Shown here one piece after another: positions 11,345-21,559 of a stretch of 64,000 nucleotides of DNA (position 1 is the first letter of the stretch; each line of letters starts with the position of its first letter). Below the pieces are notes generated by a model that worked only from the letters and a program-made list of their open reading frames with translations, did not search any database and was not told the origin of the DNA. The stretch comes from a cyanobacterium endosymbiont of Rhopalodia gibba (GTDB lineage Bacteria; Cyanobacteriota; Cyanobacteriia; Cyanobacteriales; Microcystaceae): contig CP067995.1 in NCBI GenBank assembly GCA_045159875.1, forward strand, positions 672,001 through 736,000, written 5' to 3'. Made by a program: the position numbers and the translations under genes.

Positions 11345-12865
11345 ATGATCATTCCCGATTTTAAAGAATTTTGTGCCTTAGCGCAACAAGGCAATTTTGT
11401 ACCAGTCTATCAGGAGTGGGGAGCAGATCTCGAAACTCCCGTATCAGCTTGGTATAAGGTTTGTGGTGGTCAGCCCTACAGTTTTTTATTGGAGTCAGTA
11501 GAAGGGGGAGAAAACCTCGGACGCTATAGTTTTTTAGGATGTGATCCGGTTTGGGTTTTGGAAGCCAAGGCTAATAGAACTACTCAAATTCATCGAGATA
11601 ATTCAGTTAAAATCTTTGAGGGAAATCCATTTGACATACTGACCCAATGTTTAGTTTCTATTCGTCCGGTTACCTTACCTCAACTGCCATCCGGTATCGG
11701 AGGATTGTTTGGATTTTGGGGTTATGAATTGATTAATTGGATTGAACCCCGTGTTCCTATTTATCCTTTAATGGAAGACGACTTACCCGATGGGGTATGG
11801 ATGCAAGTGGATAATCTGATAATTTTCGATCAGGTAAAGCGAAAAATTTGGGCGATTGCCTATGCTGATTTACGGGAAGAAAACATTAACTTAGAAGAGA
11901 TTTATCAAAAAGCTTGTGATCGTGTCACTGGGTTAGTCCTAAGGTTAAAACTTCCCCTTCCCATGGAAGCCAAAACTCTAGAATTAAATCCTAAACCAGC
12001 CGAGTCAGATCTTTCAGGATATAATAGTAACGTAGGGCGATCACGTTTTTGTGCAAATGTTCTAAGAGCGAAGGAATACATCCGCGCAGGGGATATCTTT
12101 CAGGTTGTGGTTTCCCAACGCCTTAGCGCGACTTATGATAATGATCCTTTTAATCTTTATCGTTCTCTTCGCTTAATTAATCCCTCCCCTTATATGGCTT
12201 ATTACAATTTTGGGGACTGGCAAATTATTGGCTCAAGTCCAGAGGTGATGGTTAAAGCCAAACGCAGTGAAAATAAGATTAAAGCTATCTTACGACCTAT
12301 TGCTGGAACTCGACGACGAGGAAAAACCTCCATTGAAGATCAGGCCTTAGCTGAAGAATTGTTAAAAGATCCAAAAGAAATAGCCGAACATGTTATGTTA
12401 GTTGACTTGGGACGTAACGATTTAGGCCGAGTTTGTGTTAAAGGAAGTGTTACCATTGATGAGTTGATGATGATTGAACGCTATTCTCATGTAATGCATA
12501 TTGTGAGCAATGCAACAGGAGAGTTGGCTCCCGATAAAACTGCTTGGGATTTGCTTAAAGCTTGTTTTCCCGCAGGAACCGTAAGTGGTGCGCCAAAAAT
12601 CCGGGCGATGGAAATTATCCACGAGCTAGAACCTGAACGACGGGGACCTTATTCGGGAGTCTATGGCTACTATGATTTTGAAGGACAGTTAAATACTGCA
12701 ATCGCTATTAGGACAATGGTTGTCCGTCCTTTGGGTGAGGACCAACATCTCGTCTCAGTCCAGGCAGGAGCTGGACTGGTGGCTGATTCTGACCCCGAAA
12801 CGGAGTACGAAGAGACTCTCAACAAAGCCAGGGGGTTATTGGAAGCGATTCGTCGCCTGAGCTAA
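11345..12865 (+). CDS. trpE: Anthranilate synthase component I
   Basis: FLLESVEGG, NPSPYM, RPIAGTR, AEHVMLVDLGRND and GTVSGAPKIRAM motifs. Confidence 0.97.
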   Translation: MIIPDFKEFCALAQQGNFVPVYQEWGADLETPVSAWYKVCGGQPYSFLLESVEGGENLGRYSFLGCDPVWVLEAKANRTTQIHRDNSVKIFEGNPFDILTQCLVSIRPVTLPQLPSGIGGLFGFWGYELINWIEPRVPIYPLMEDDLPDGVWMQVDNLIIFDQVKRKIWAIAYADLREENINLEEIYQKACDRVTGLVLRLKLPLPMEAKTLELNPKPAESDLSGYNSNVGRSRFCANVLRAKEYIRAGDIFQVVVSQRLSATYDNDPFNLYRSLRLINPSPYMAYYNFGDWQIIGSSPEVMVKAKRSENKIKAILRPIAGTRRRGKTSIEDQALAEELLKDPKEIAEHVMLVDLGRNDLGRVCVKGSVTIDELMMIERYSHVMHIVSNATGELAPDKTAWDLLKACFPAGTVSGAPKIRAMEIIHELEPERRGPYSGVYGYYDFEGQLNTAIAIRTMVVRPLGEDQHLVSVQAGAGLVADSDPETEYEETLNKARGLLEAIRRLS

Positions 12866-12911
12866 TTCACCGTATCGATATAGAACCAATCGTTTTTTTG
12901 CTTAAACCTAA

Positions 12912-13219
12912 TGGGGGCGGAGAGACTTGAACTCTCACGACCTTGCGGTCAACGGATTTTCATTCTCTCATAGCTTTCGCTACTGCCGAAGCATTGGCTT
13001 TGAGAATTGGACTCTCCCTTTACCCTCAGCTTTACGTGTTAGGGTAGCTCCCGTCGAGTCTCTGCACCTTCCTCGAAAATTCCGAGGCTTGGCTCAGGAT
13101 TGCCTTATCTGTATTCCAGACTTAGGTTTCCCTGAGTTTGAGAGCGATCACTTGATAGATTTCTCTAACAAGGCTCAACTTTGTTAAGTCCGTAGCGTCT
13201 ACCATTCCGCCACGCCCCC
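12912..13219 (-). tRNA. trnL: tRNA-Leu(UAA) interrupted by a group I intron
   Basis: Exon 1 (13219-13186) GGGGGCGTGGCGGAATGGTAGACGCTACGGACTT; exon 2 (12960-12912) AAAATCCGTTGACCGCAAGGTCGTGAGAGTTCAAGTCTCTCCGCCCCCA. The spliced loop is CU-UAA-AA; acceptor and anticodon stems pair, and there is a long variable arm. Confidence 0.96.
12961..13185 (-). ncRNA. Group I intron (225 nt) in the trnL-UAA anticodon
   Basis: Inserted after U34 and ends in G. Core elements are visible: P AAACTCAGGGAAAC, Q AATCCTGAGC, R GTGCAGAGACTCGACGG, S AAAGGGAGAGTCC. Confidence 0.95.
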
Positions 13220-13384
13220 ATGATGTATTTTACCTAGAGCAGTCTAAGTAACTCACTGTTTTCTATCATAACATGATATTTTCAATCAGGCAACTTTTTT
13301 TGATCTTTTTTTTAAAAAAATTATAAGGCAATTTTCTCGGACAAAAGTCTCTTAAAAGAGATTTACGCCATATATTATGTTTGA

Positions 13385-15370
13385 TTAGCCTAAATAAGTA
13401 TAAAGATCAAGATTTTCTTCGTAATTTCGCCATAAAACCTCAGACTCTTTTTGTGTGATTCGACCCTCTTGTACAGCTTGCTCAGTACGTTGACGAATTT
13501 GTTGGCTTAGTTTATTCGTGTCGTATTGAACATAGTTCAATACATGGGCAATCGTATCCCCTTGAACAAAATCTTCAATCTCATATCCCTTTGAATTGAT
13601 GAGAATATGAACCTGATTGAGATTACCAAAAAGATTGTGAAAATTACCCATAATTTCCTGATATGCTCCCACTAAAAATATTCCCAAATAGTAAGGTTCT
13701 TTCGTGGAATATTCAGAATCAGAGAACTTTAGGGAAAACAAATTATTATCCTTGTTCACTTTTAATAGCCGAAGTGGATGCAGCTCTAAAACGGGTTTGC
13801 TATTTCGTAAATCTATAAATTGATCTATCTTACCATCACTATCACAGGTTAAGTCTGCTAAAATTCCTCGTTGAGTAGGTTCTTCATTTAAACGGTGAAC
13901 AGGCATAATAGGAAACAGTTGATTAATCGCCCAAACATCAGGAGCAGAACGAAAAACCGATAAATTCGCATAATAAATTGAAGCCATGGTTTTCTCTAAA
14001 TTTTCAAGATCATCGGGGACACAATCTTCATGCTGAATCATGTCATAAATTTTTTGACAACAAACCCAGTACAATTGCTCTGCTTGCGCTCTTTCTATTA
14101 AATTTAAATAACCAAAATTAAATAAACTGATAGCCTCTTCTTTAAATTGAATAGCGTCATGATACATTTCTTGATAATTTCTCGGATTAATTGATTCATA
14201 AGTTTCCCAAAGATTACGAATAATTAAATTTTCCTCTTTCTCTCGAGGAGGAACTATGCTAGAAACATCATTGGTGTGAAGGATGTCAAAGACCACAACA
14301 GAATGATGAGCAGTAATTGCCCTACCACTTTCACTAATTAAAATAGGTGCCGCAACACCAGCTTCTTCACAAGCTTCTTTAATTTCGGCAACAATATCAT
14401 TAGCGTAATTTTGCATATTATAGTTTTTTGAGGCATAAGAGTTGGTTTTTGAACCTTCATAATCGACGCCTAAACCTCCTCCTACATCAAGATATTTCAT
14501 GTTTGGATTGATTTTTGCCAACTGTACATAAATTTGACTCGCTTCACGCATAGCATCTTTAATAACACTGATAGAAGAAATTTGTGAGCCAATATGAAAA
14601 TGAAGAAATTGTAAATAGAACAGAATATTCTTTTCTTTCAGATACTGAATTGCAGTTAAAATTTGAGGAATATCTAAGCCAAATTTAGCGCGCTCACCTG
14701 TAGAATTTCCCCAATGTCCTGACCCTTTGGTACTTAATTTTACTCGTATTCCTAAGTTTGCTTCAATCGCTAATTCTTCACTAATTTGAACTGTTAAATA
14801 AAGTTCTTCTAACTGTTCAATAACAATAACTAGTTTGTATCCTAGACGAACAGCCAACAAAGCAGTTCTAATATAGATTGCATCTTTATAACCATTACAA
14901 ACAATGATTGGGGAATTATCGGATACACTTGAATGAGGCTCTATGGCGGCTAAAGCAATCATTAATTCTGGTTTAGAACCTGATTCTAATCCAAACTGAT
15001 ATGGTTTTCCATAACGAACAATTGATTCAATAATTTGACGATTTTGATGGCACTTAATAGGATAAACTCCTTGGTAGTGATTAGAATAATTGTAGTGACT
15101 AATTGCATTTTTAAAACAATTATTTAATCGAGCCATGCGATCAGCTAAAATTTCAGGGAATCTAATCAATAAAGGTAAATTAATATTCTTCTCTTGTAAG
15201 GATTTAACTAAGTTAAATAGGTCTATAAAATCATCCTTATTCCCTCGAGGATACACGACCACATGACCATCAGCATTAATAGAAAAATAAGGCTCTCCCC
15301 AATCATCAATTTGATACAGGTTGATACTATTTTCAATCGTCCATCTCGAAGAAATTTCTGATTTTTTCAT
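13385..15370 (-). CDS. speA: Biosynthetic arginine decarboxylase
   Basis: GVYPIK PLP-lysine motif, GLESGSKPEL, HFHIGSQI, LDVGGGLG and DLTCDSDG motifs. Confidence 0.96.
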   Translation of the reverse strand: MKKSEISSRWTIENSINLYQIDDWGEPYFSINADGHVVVYPRGNKDDFIDLFNLVKSLQEKNINLPLLIRFPEILADRMARLNNCFKNAISHYNYSNHYQGVYPIKCHQNRQIIESIVRYGKPYQFGLESGSKPELMIALAAIEPHSSVSDNSPIIVCNGYKDAIYIRTALLAVRLGYKLVIVIEQLEELYLTVQISEELAIEANLGIRVKLSTKGSGHWGNSTGERAKFGLDIPQILTAIQYLKEKNILFYLQFLHFHIGSQISSISVIKDAMREASQIYVQLAKINPNMKYLDVGGGLGVDYEGSKTNSYASKNYNMQNYANDIVAEIKEACEEAGVAAPILISESGRAITAHHSVVVFDILHTNDVSSIVPPREKEENLIIRNLWETYESINPRNYQEMYHDAIQFKEEAISLFNFGYLNLIERAQAEQLYWVCCQKIYDMIQHEDCVPDDLENLEKTMASIYYANLSVFRSAPDVWAINQLFPIMPVHRLNEEPTQRGILADLTCDSDGKIDQFIDLRNSKPVLELHPLRLLKVNKDNNLFSLKFSDSEYSTKEPYYLGIFLVGAYQEIMGNFHNLFGNLNQVHILINSKGYEIEDFVQGDTIAHVLNYVQYDTNKLSQQIRQRTEQAVQEGRITQKESEVLWRNYEENLDLYTYLG

Positions 15371-15413
15371 AAGAATTAATCTGAGGTTAAATTCACTGAG
15401 TTATTGGAAGGCA

Positions 15414-16253
15414 TTAACTTCGCCAAATAGCATCAGCCACTAGTGCTACATCTACTATTTGTGCTACGTCATGAACCCTTAAGATATCTGCTGATTGGGC
15501 GATCGCTCCACAACAGGCTGCGGCAGTTCCCCAGAGTCGTTGTTTTGGGTTATTTTGCTGCAAAATATGACCAATAAAACGCTTACGAGAAACCCCCACC
15601 AGTATAGGCTGGCCTAAGCTCCTAAATTCTGACAAACGCCGCAATAATTCTAAATTTTGTGAGTAAGTTTTGGCGAAACCGATACCAGGATCAATAATGA
15701 GGTGTGATCGCTTAATTCCAGCTTTTATCGCTAAATTCAGTTGATTATTTAACCATTTGCTAACTTCTCCTATGAGATCGGTATAATCTGTCAATTGTTG
15801 CATAGTTTGAGAATTCCCTCTAATGTGCATTAAGATGATAGGAACTTTTAACTTAGCCACCACTGTAAACATCTGGGAATCAAAGGTTCCTCCAGAAACA
15901 TCATTTACTAAGTCTGCTCCGGCTTCGATTGCGGCATTAGCAACTGATGCTTTAGTAGTGTCAATCGAAATAGGAATAGACGTTTCCCGACGCAGTAGTT
16001 TTATTATAGGAATAACACGATTTAATTCTTCTTCGACAAGAATTTGTTGAGACCCTGGCCGTGTTGATTGTCCCCCAATATCGATGATATCTGCTCCTGA
16101 ATTAATGAGGGTTTTAGCTTGAATTAAAGCGGTTTCTAAAGTACTAAACTGGCCCCCATCACTAAAACTGTCAGGGGTGACGTTAAGAATCCCCATAATA
16201 TAGGTTCTTTGTCCCCAACAAAAGGAATGTTGTCTTAGTTTTAAATCAGCCAT
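15414..16253 (-). CDS. folP: Dihydropteroate synthase
   Basis: MGILNVTPDSFSDGG, DPGIGFAK, GVSRK and RVHDV motifs. Confidence 0.97.
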   Translation of the reverse strand: MADLKLRQHSFCWGQRTYIMGILNVTPDSFSDGGQFSTLETALIQAKTLINSGADIIDIGGQSTRPGSQQILVEEELNRVIPIIKLLRRETSIPISIDTTKASVANAAIEAGADLVNDVSGGTFDSQMFTVVAKLKVPIILMHIRGNSQTMQQLTDYTDLIGEVSKWLNNQLNLAIKAGIKRSHLIIDPGIGFAKTYSQNLELLRRLSEFRSLGQPILVGVSRKRFIGHILQQNNPKQRLWGTAAACCGAIAQSADILRVHDVAQIVDVALVADAIWRS

Positions 16254-16290
16254 ACATAGATTCAGATGCTTTCAGCATACTACTCCATAA

Positions 16291-16325
16291 GAAATAAGGG
16301 GGCGTAACGACCGCCTCCTTATTTC
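16291..16325 (-). terminator. Stem-loop just downstream of tpiA (terminator or mRNA-stabilising hairpin)
   Basis: GAAATAAGGGGGCG-TAACGAC-CGCCTCCTTATTTC: 14-bp stem with one mismatch, about 16 nt after the tpiA stop. Confidence 0.55.
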
Positions 16326-16341
16326 GAATAAACTCATTTAT

Positions 16342-17067
16342 TTATTGATAATTAACAATGCGTGCAAATTCTACCGAATCTAAACTAGCTCCTCCTACCA
16401 ACACGCCATTAATTTCAGGTTGCGCCATAATTTCATCAACATTAGAAGGTTTAACTGATCCTCCATATTGGATAGTAACTTCTTTATTTGATAACTGAGA
16501 GCGAATGATACTAATAACTCGGTTAGCTTCAGTCGCTTCACAAGTATCTCCAGTCCCAATCGCCCAAATAGGTTCATAAGCAATGACTAAATTACTTTGA
16601 TCTACATTAACTAAATTTTGCTTGACTTGGTTGATAATAACAGTTTCTGTTTTCCCTGCATCCCGTTGTAATTTACTTTCCCCCACACAGAGAATGGGGG
16701 TTAATCCGTGGCGTTGGGCGGCTATCATTCGTAGATTGACTGTTTCGTTAGTTTCACCGAAATATTGACGTCGTTCACTGTGTCCAACCACCACATAATC
16801 TACTCCAAACTCCGTCAGCATTGCACCAGAGATCTCTCCTGTATAAGCTCCCTCATCTTCCCAGTGGATGTTTTGTGCTGCCAAATGGATTAACCCACCA
16901 TGTAAACTTTTTGACATGACACCCAAAGCTGTAAAGGGAGCGCACAAAACTACTTCTTTTGTTCCGTTCACTTCTTCGAGATTTGATTTTAATTTTTGTA
17001 AAAACTCCAGAGCTTTCTCCTGGGTTTTGTGCATTTTCCAGTTACCCGCAATAACAATTTTTCTCAC
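16342..17067 (-). CDS. tpiA: Triosephosphate isomerase
   Basis: [29 protein letters not shown] and LVGGAS motifs. Confidence 0.98.
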   Translation of the reverse strand: MRKIVIAGNWKMHKTQEKALEFLQKLKSNLEEVNGTKEVVLCAPFTALGVMSKSLHGGLIHLAAQNIHWEDEGAYTGEISGAMLTEFGVDYVVVGHSERRQYFGETNETVNLRMIAAQRHGLTPILCVGESKLQRDAGKTETVIINQVKQNLVNVDQSNLVIAYEPIWAIGTGDTCEATEANRVISIIRSQLSNKEVTIQYGGSVKPSNVDEIMAQPEINGVLVGGASLDSVEFARIVNYQ

Positions 17068-17999
17068 AGCTATCTCTAAAAATTAATTCCAACGTTTTTG
17101 CAGTCTTATAGTGTAATACCTTAAGGGGATAAAAGGAAAGAGTACATAAGAGCAGAGTTTAGAAAAAGAGAGAATTTCTTAAGGAAGATGACTCATAATC
17201 ACTTCTATCAGGTTTTAAGTCTTTTCTTTAAAAAACTTAAGACAAAAATCAATCTTTTTTCTTGACAAAATCTAACTTTCTAACTCAAATAATTATGTTT
17301 TTTTAACTCTAACGAACTTAAGACACTAAAAATCTGCTAGATACCAGCATAGTATATCAAAAACAAGCTGTAATAGTTAGAAAATTATTCTAATAATAAA
17401 ATAGAAATTTTAACGATTATTATTTTAATGGGTTTTAAAACAGGATCTACATTTTTTTTTAATAAAAAATTGTCCTAAAATAAGAAGAAATTTTTGCAAT
17501 TGTGCTTATTTTCTGTCACTTCAAAAAGAGATAGTTTTAGTTTTAGACGGTATTTTAATCACTAACTAAATGTCATTGCTATGTAATTTTTATGATTTTT
17601 TCTACTTAACTATTATCAGAAAAAAACTAGGATTTTTATTAAAATAGCGATGGATATTAGATATTATCTACGTCAGTTCGCTTGTAACATCTAGGATATT
17701 TTAACAGAGCGATAATGTAAAGTTAAACAACTTTCCTCAGAAGTATTTTTTCTGAAATTTTTTTGACTAATAAACTGGTTTCAGTTAGATAATCAAAATG
17801 TAAAATATTCCTTAAAATTTTACTGTTTTTAAACAGAGAGTATCTGAACCGAAATATACTTAACATACATTTTAGTGAAGTATATATGGACTGAAGAACA
17901 TTTTGCACATTTATTTTCAGTAATCTTAGCTTGAAGAACAATGAATTACTAAGCGTAAAATCTAGTAATACTCTGTTAGTTCATTTGCTTCTTTAAACT

Positions 18000-18145
18000 T
18001 TATACTCTATCCGATGTTTTCTGATAGAGTGCAGAGTCGAATTTTTGGACTCCAATATTGGGACATTCATCATTAGTTGGACTAAACGATAAAAGCCTTC
18101 GGTAATATATTAGCCTAAGCTTTGCCATATTTTATCGATACTCAT
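18000..18145 (-). pseudogene. Remnant of a small conserved cyanobacterial protein
   Basis: GAGG RBS followed by MSIDKIWQSLG*YITEGF, a frameshift, then FSPTNDECPNIGVQKFD. This resembles, from memory, a family with a QYIxEAxARIFSPxDDxYPxxGVQPF pattern. Confidence 0.55.
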
Positions 18146-18843
18146 AACATCTGCCTCTTAAATATTAGGAACTTTATTAAGAGCTTAACTTGATGAGTTT
18201 TTATATTTTTTGGAGTTAGAAGAGCTTTCTTCATCTCTTCTGTTCTCAATTATCTAAAAAAAAATTAACCTCTTAACAAGTTTGTAATAAATATTGAAAC
18301 TACAAGAATCTACTTTGTATTTTTGTAGACTTTTATCAGCTAAAATATTAGTTTTTTTAAAAAAAACTTTAAAAAACTATTATTTTCACTGAATCAGTCT
18401 ATTTAGACTACCGATGTCGGAAAAAAATGTTATAATGTTAACTTAACTTTTTTTCTTAAAAAACAAACTTAAACATCAAGGGATTTCAATAACTATCCTG
18501 ACAAAACTAGTATGTTCTATCATTGATAGAGGTACTTCGATAATTTGGACTATATTACGATAGTTCATAGATATAGTGGGCGCATTAGATTTATTAGAGC
18601 GTACTATGATGTGCTTCCAATTATATCATTCCTGTCCTAATACTAATAAAAGTTAATCTCACAATTGCCGAGAATTTTTAGAGATTAAAGTTTTAACTAA
18701 AATAGATATTGTCAATTACCCTAACAAAATAGTAAGACTCCCAAAACAAAATCTAATCAACGAAAGTAAAGTAGGTATTCAAGCTATTAGGATGCCATCT
18801 GTGACTCTCATACAACTAGATTTAAACTTTAAAATCGAGTTGG

Positions 18844-18864
18844 TTTTAGTATAATTTACTTGAA
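18844..18864 (+). promoter_or_regulatory. Candidate NrtR operator overlapping a -10 box
   Basis: TTTTAGTATAATTTACTTGAA has a GT-N7-AC core, contains TATAAT (18850-18855) and lies about 55 nt upstream of the pncB-nadD-nrtR-nadE cluster. Confidence 0.65.
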
Positions 18865-18917
18865 AAAAACCAAAAGACTTAAGAGAACTGTACCTGATTG
18901 GGTACACTCGATTGCCT

Positions 18918-20223
18918 ATGTTTTCCCAAGAGCAAGGATTTACTTGATCTCCCAATGGTTACAGTTTGTTCATAGATTTGTACGAGTTAACCATGGCTGC
19001 TTCTTACACCGGAGAGAGACTTGCTCATCGTCGAGCGAGTTTTGAACTGTTTATATGTCATCTCCCAGAATCTTTTAGTTATTCAATTGCCATGGTACTT
19101 ACTCAGAGTTTAAATTTTTTATAAAATCTACACTTTAGTCAAGAGCAACTAGAAAATTTTGGAAAAAATAAGTTTTTAACCATGTTTTTCCTTGATTTTC
19201 GTCAATCCTAGCTTTAGGAAGCTTTACGAAGAAAGTTTGGCAGGGACTGAAGGAACAAAGGAACAGCGGTGTTTGCCCATGAACCCTTATTGTGGATAGA
19301 AGCCCCTTTGTGGTAAGCTCAACTTGTAGAAATCTACCTTTTAAAGCTCCTCAACCATAAAAGTTTAATTGCTACTAAAGCCGCTTAAATACACAATGTA
19401 ACAGGTAAAAACGCCTTATTATTAGAATTTATAACCAGAGGGGTGTTCAGTCCCCAAGGTTGAATATGAGCGGCTAGAATAGCTTTAGTGGGAGGTTTAG
19501 ATAAATGCCACCTCTAATGTGTTAGCAGCTCTGAAATTAAGGTGCAAACCTAGTGGAACAATAGCTCATTCTTTAATCATGGTTATCAAAGCTATATCAG
19601 GGATTGAAGATGAAGCTTTGCATGTTTTTAATCTTTATTTTCCAGGAGCTACTTTACTACTTAATACCTAAAATGCAGTAGCTGCAGCGGAAAAATTAGC
19701 GGATAAAGCTAATAAAGGAATCCTGATCGTAACAAAATTTTGTCTAAATTTGGGAGATTTAGTTATTTTATTTCAAAAAATGCGTTCTCTATTCCCCATT
19801 CATTAAGATCGTCACTGGTAAAGATCTTAATGAATGGGGAATTGTCCGTCTCAAGGAAGCAAGTCATTCTATTGATGGTTATGGATTTGGAACTAAGCTT
19901 GTCACCGGCAAATCTCTCAACGGAGTCTAGAAATTAGTGGAAATTGATGGAACTTCTACCATGAAACAATCTAGCTATAGAGTGACCTATCCAGGTCCAA
20001 AACAGATTTTTCAGACCTACAATGAGGGCAGAGTCAAAACACTGTCTCAATTGAGAGAGCGAAAACTCCCCTTTTACAGTTGGTGATGAAAGGAGGAAAA
20101 TCCTTGTTTCAACCTGAATCTTTAGAGAGTCTTCCCTCTGCAACTCGTCATCTTAGTTAACTCACTTCAATTGAGGTTAAAATCTCCAATGAGTTCGAAT
20201 CGTTATGTAAATTTTTAGGTTAA
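18918..20223 (+). pseudogene. pncB: Nicotinate phosphoribosyltransferase, pseudogene
   Basis: Hand translation gives YSLFIDLYELTMAASYTGE..RASFELF, GTAVFAHEPLLWIEAPLW*AQLVE, SLIATKAA*, ATSNVLAA and PSGTIAHS. Many stops and frameshifts; first gene of the NAD cluster. Confidence 0.9.
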
Positions 20224-20259
20224 TTGATAGTAAATAGTTGAGCGTTAATTATTAATCAC

Positions 20260-20826
20260 ATGACAAAAATTGCTCTGTTTGGAACCAGTGCTGATCCTCC
20301 TACCGCAGGACATCAATCAATTCTCCGTTGGTTATCTACTCACTATGATTGGGTTGGGGTTTGGACTTCGGATAATCCCTTTAAAACTCATCAAACTTCT
20401 TGGTCCCATCGTATGGCGATGTTAAAGTTATTAATTGATGATATTAATCTCCCAAGAAACAATATTTATCTTAGTGAGAAACTAAGTCATCGATGTAGTT
20501 TGATAAGTTTAGCTAAAGCTAAGGAAATTTGGGGAAACAATCCTGATTATAGTTTGGTAATTGGGTCTGATTTAGTTGGTCAAATTCGTCGTTGGTATCA
20601 TATTGAAGATTTACTATATCAAGTCAATCTTTTAATTATTCCACGCTCTGGATACGACCTTGCTCAAAAGGATTTAATAGCTTTAAAGAAATTAGGAGGA
20701 AACTATCAGATCGCTGATCTCGATGCCCCTGCCGTTTCTTCGACTGCTTATCGAGAAAACCAGAATCAAAGTATATTGATTCAACCTATTCAAGAATATA
20801 TTTATCAAGAGCAATTGTACCGATGA
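20260..20826 (+). CDS. nadD: Nicotinate-nucleotide adenylyltransferase
   Basis: LFGTSADPPTAGH, LVIGSD and VSSTAYR motifs; NAD operon context. Confidence 0.9.
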   Translation: MTKIALFGTSADPPTAGHQSILRWLSTHYDWVGVWTSDNPFKTHQTSWSHRMAMLKLLIDDINLPRNNIYLSEKLSHRCSLISLAKAKEIWGNNPDYSLVIGSDLVGQIRRWYHIEDLLYQVNLLIIPRSGYDLAQKDLIALKKLGGNYQIADLDAPAVSSTAYRENQNQSILIQPIQEYIYQEQLYR

Positions 20827-21548
20827 ATTTAGAGGAAAATAAATTTGTTTTAGCCACTTTTAAAATTGGAGTCAATAATGTTATCTTCTCCGTTGATTCT
20901 CACAATCATCAACTCTTAGTTTTATTGGTTAAACAAAAAGAAACCCTTTTTAATAATCAATGGAGTTTACCTGGAACTTTAGTAAGAAATAGGGAATCTC
21001 TAGAAGAGGCTTCCCAAAGAATATTGTCTGAAAAAATTAGAGTTAACAATCTATATCTGGAGCAGTTATACACCTTTGAAAGACCCAATTTAGATTCAAG
21101 AGTATCTCTTGATCGTTTTGGCATCCACTATATTTCTGTCAGCTATTTTGCTTTAGTTCATTTTGAAGAAGCAGAACTGTTAAGTATTAATAGCTATAAT
21201 AGAACTACTTGGTGCATGATTCAAAAGATTCCTCAATTGGTTTTTGACCATAATCAAATTTTAGATTATGGTTATCAACGATTACGCAATAAACTTGAAT
21301 ATAGTCCTATTGCTTTTAAAATTTTGCCGGACTTATTTACTTTAAATGATATTTATCAAGTTTATACAACTATTTTAGGAAAAAACTTTGCTGATTATTC
21401 TAATTTTAGATCTCGGTTATTAAAATTAGGTTTTCTGATAGATACTGAGAGAAAAGTCTCTAGAGGTGCAGGAAGACCTGCTACTTTATATCGCTTTGAT
21501 GCTTCAGCATTTGCTCCTTTTAAAGATAAACCTTTTATATTTGTTTAA
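20823..21548 (+). CDS. nrtR: NrtR-family regulator (Nudix-like domain plus winged HTH)
   Basis: WSLPGTLV..ESLEEA degenerate Nudix box, YLEQLYTF, FDHNQI and a C-terminal NFRSRLL..GAGRPATLYRF. Overlaps the nadD stop (ATGA). Confidence 0.88.
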   Translation: MNLEENKFVLATFKIGVNNVIFSVDSHNHQLLVLLVKQKETLFNNQWSLPGTLVRNRESLEEASQRILSEKIRVNNLYLEQLYTFERPNLDSRVSLDRFGIHYISVSYFALVHFEEAELLSINSYNRTTWCMIQKIPQLVFDHNQILDYGYQRLRNKLEYSPIAFKILPDLFTLNDIYQVYTTILGKNFADYSNFRSRLLKLGFLIDTERKVSRGAGRPATLYRFDASAFAPFKDKPFIFV

Positions 21549-21559
21549 ATTCAATAATA

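Noticed and set aside
12927..13187. 86-aa ORF as a possible intron-encoded protein
   Set aside because: It is antisense to the tRNA and intron and has no endonuclease motif.
18860..20143. Short ORFs at 18860, 19740 and 19934
   Set aside because: They are off-frame or antisense by-products of the pncB pseudogene.
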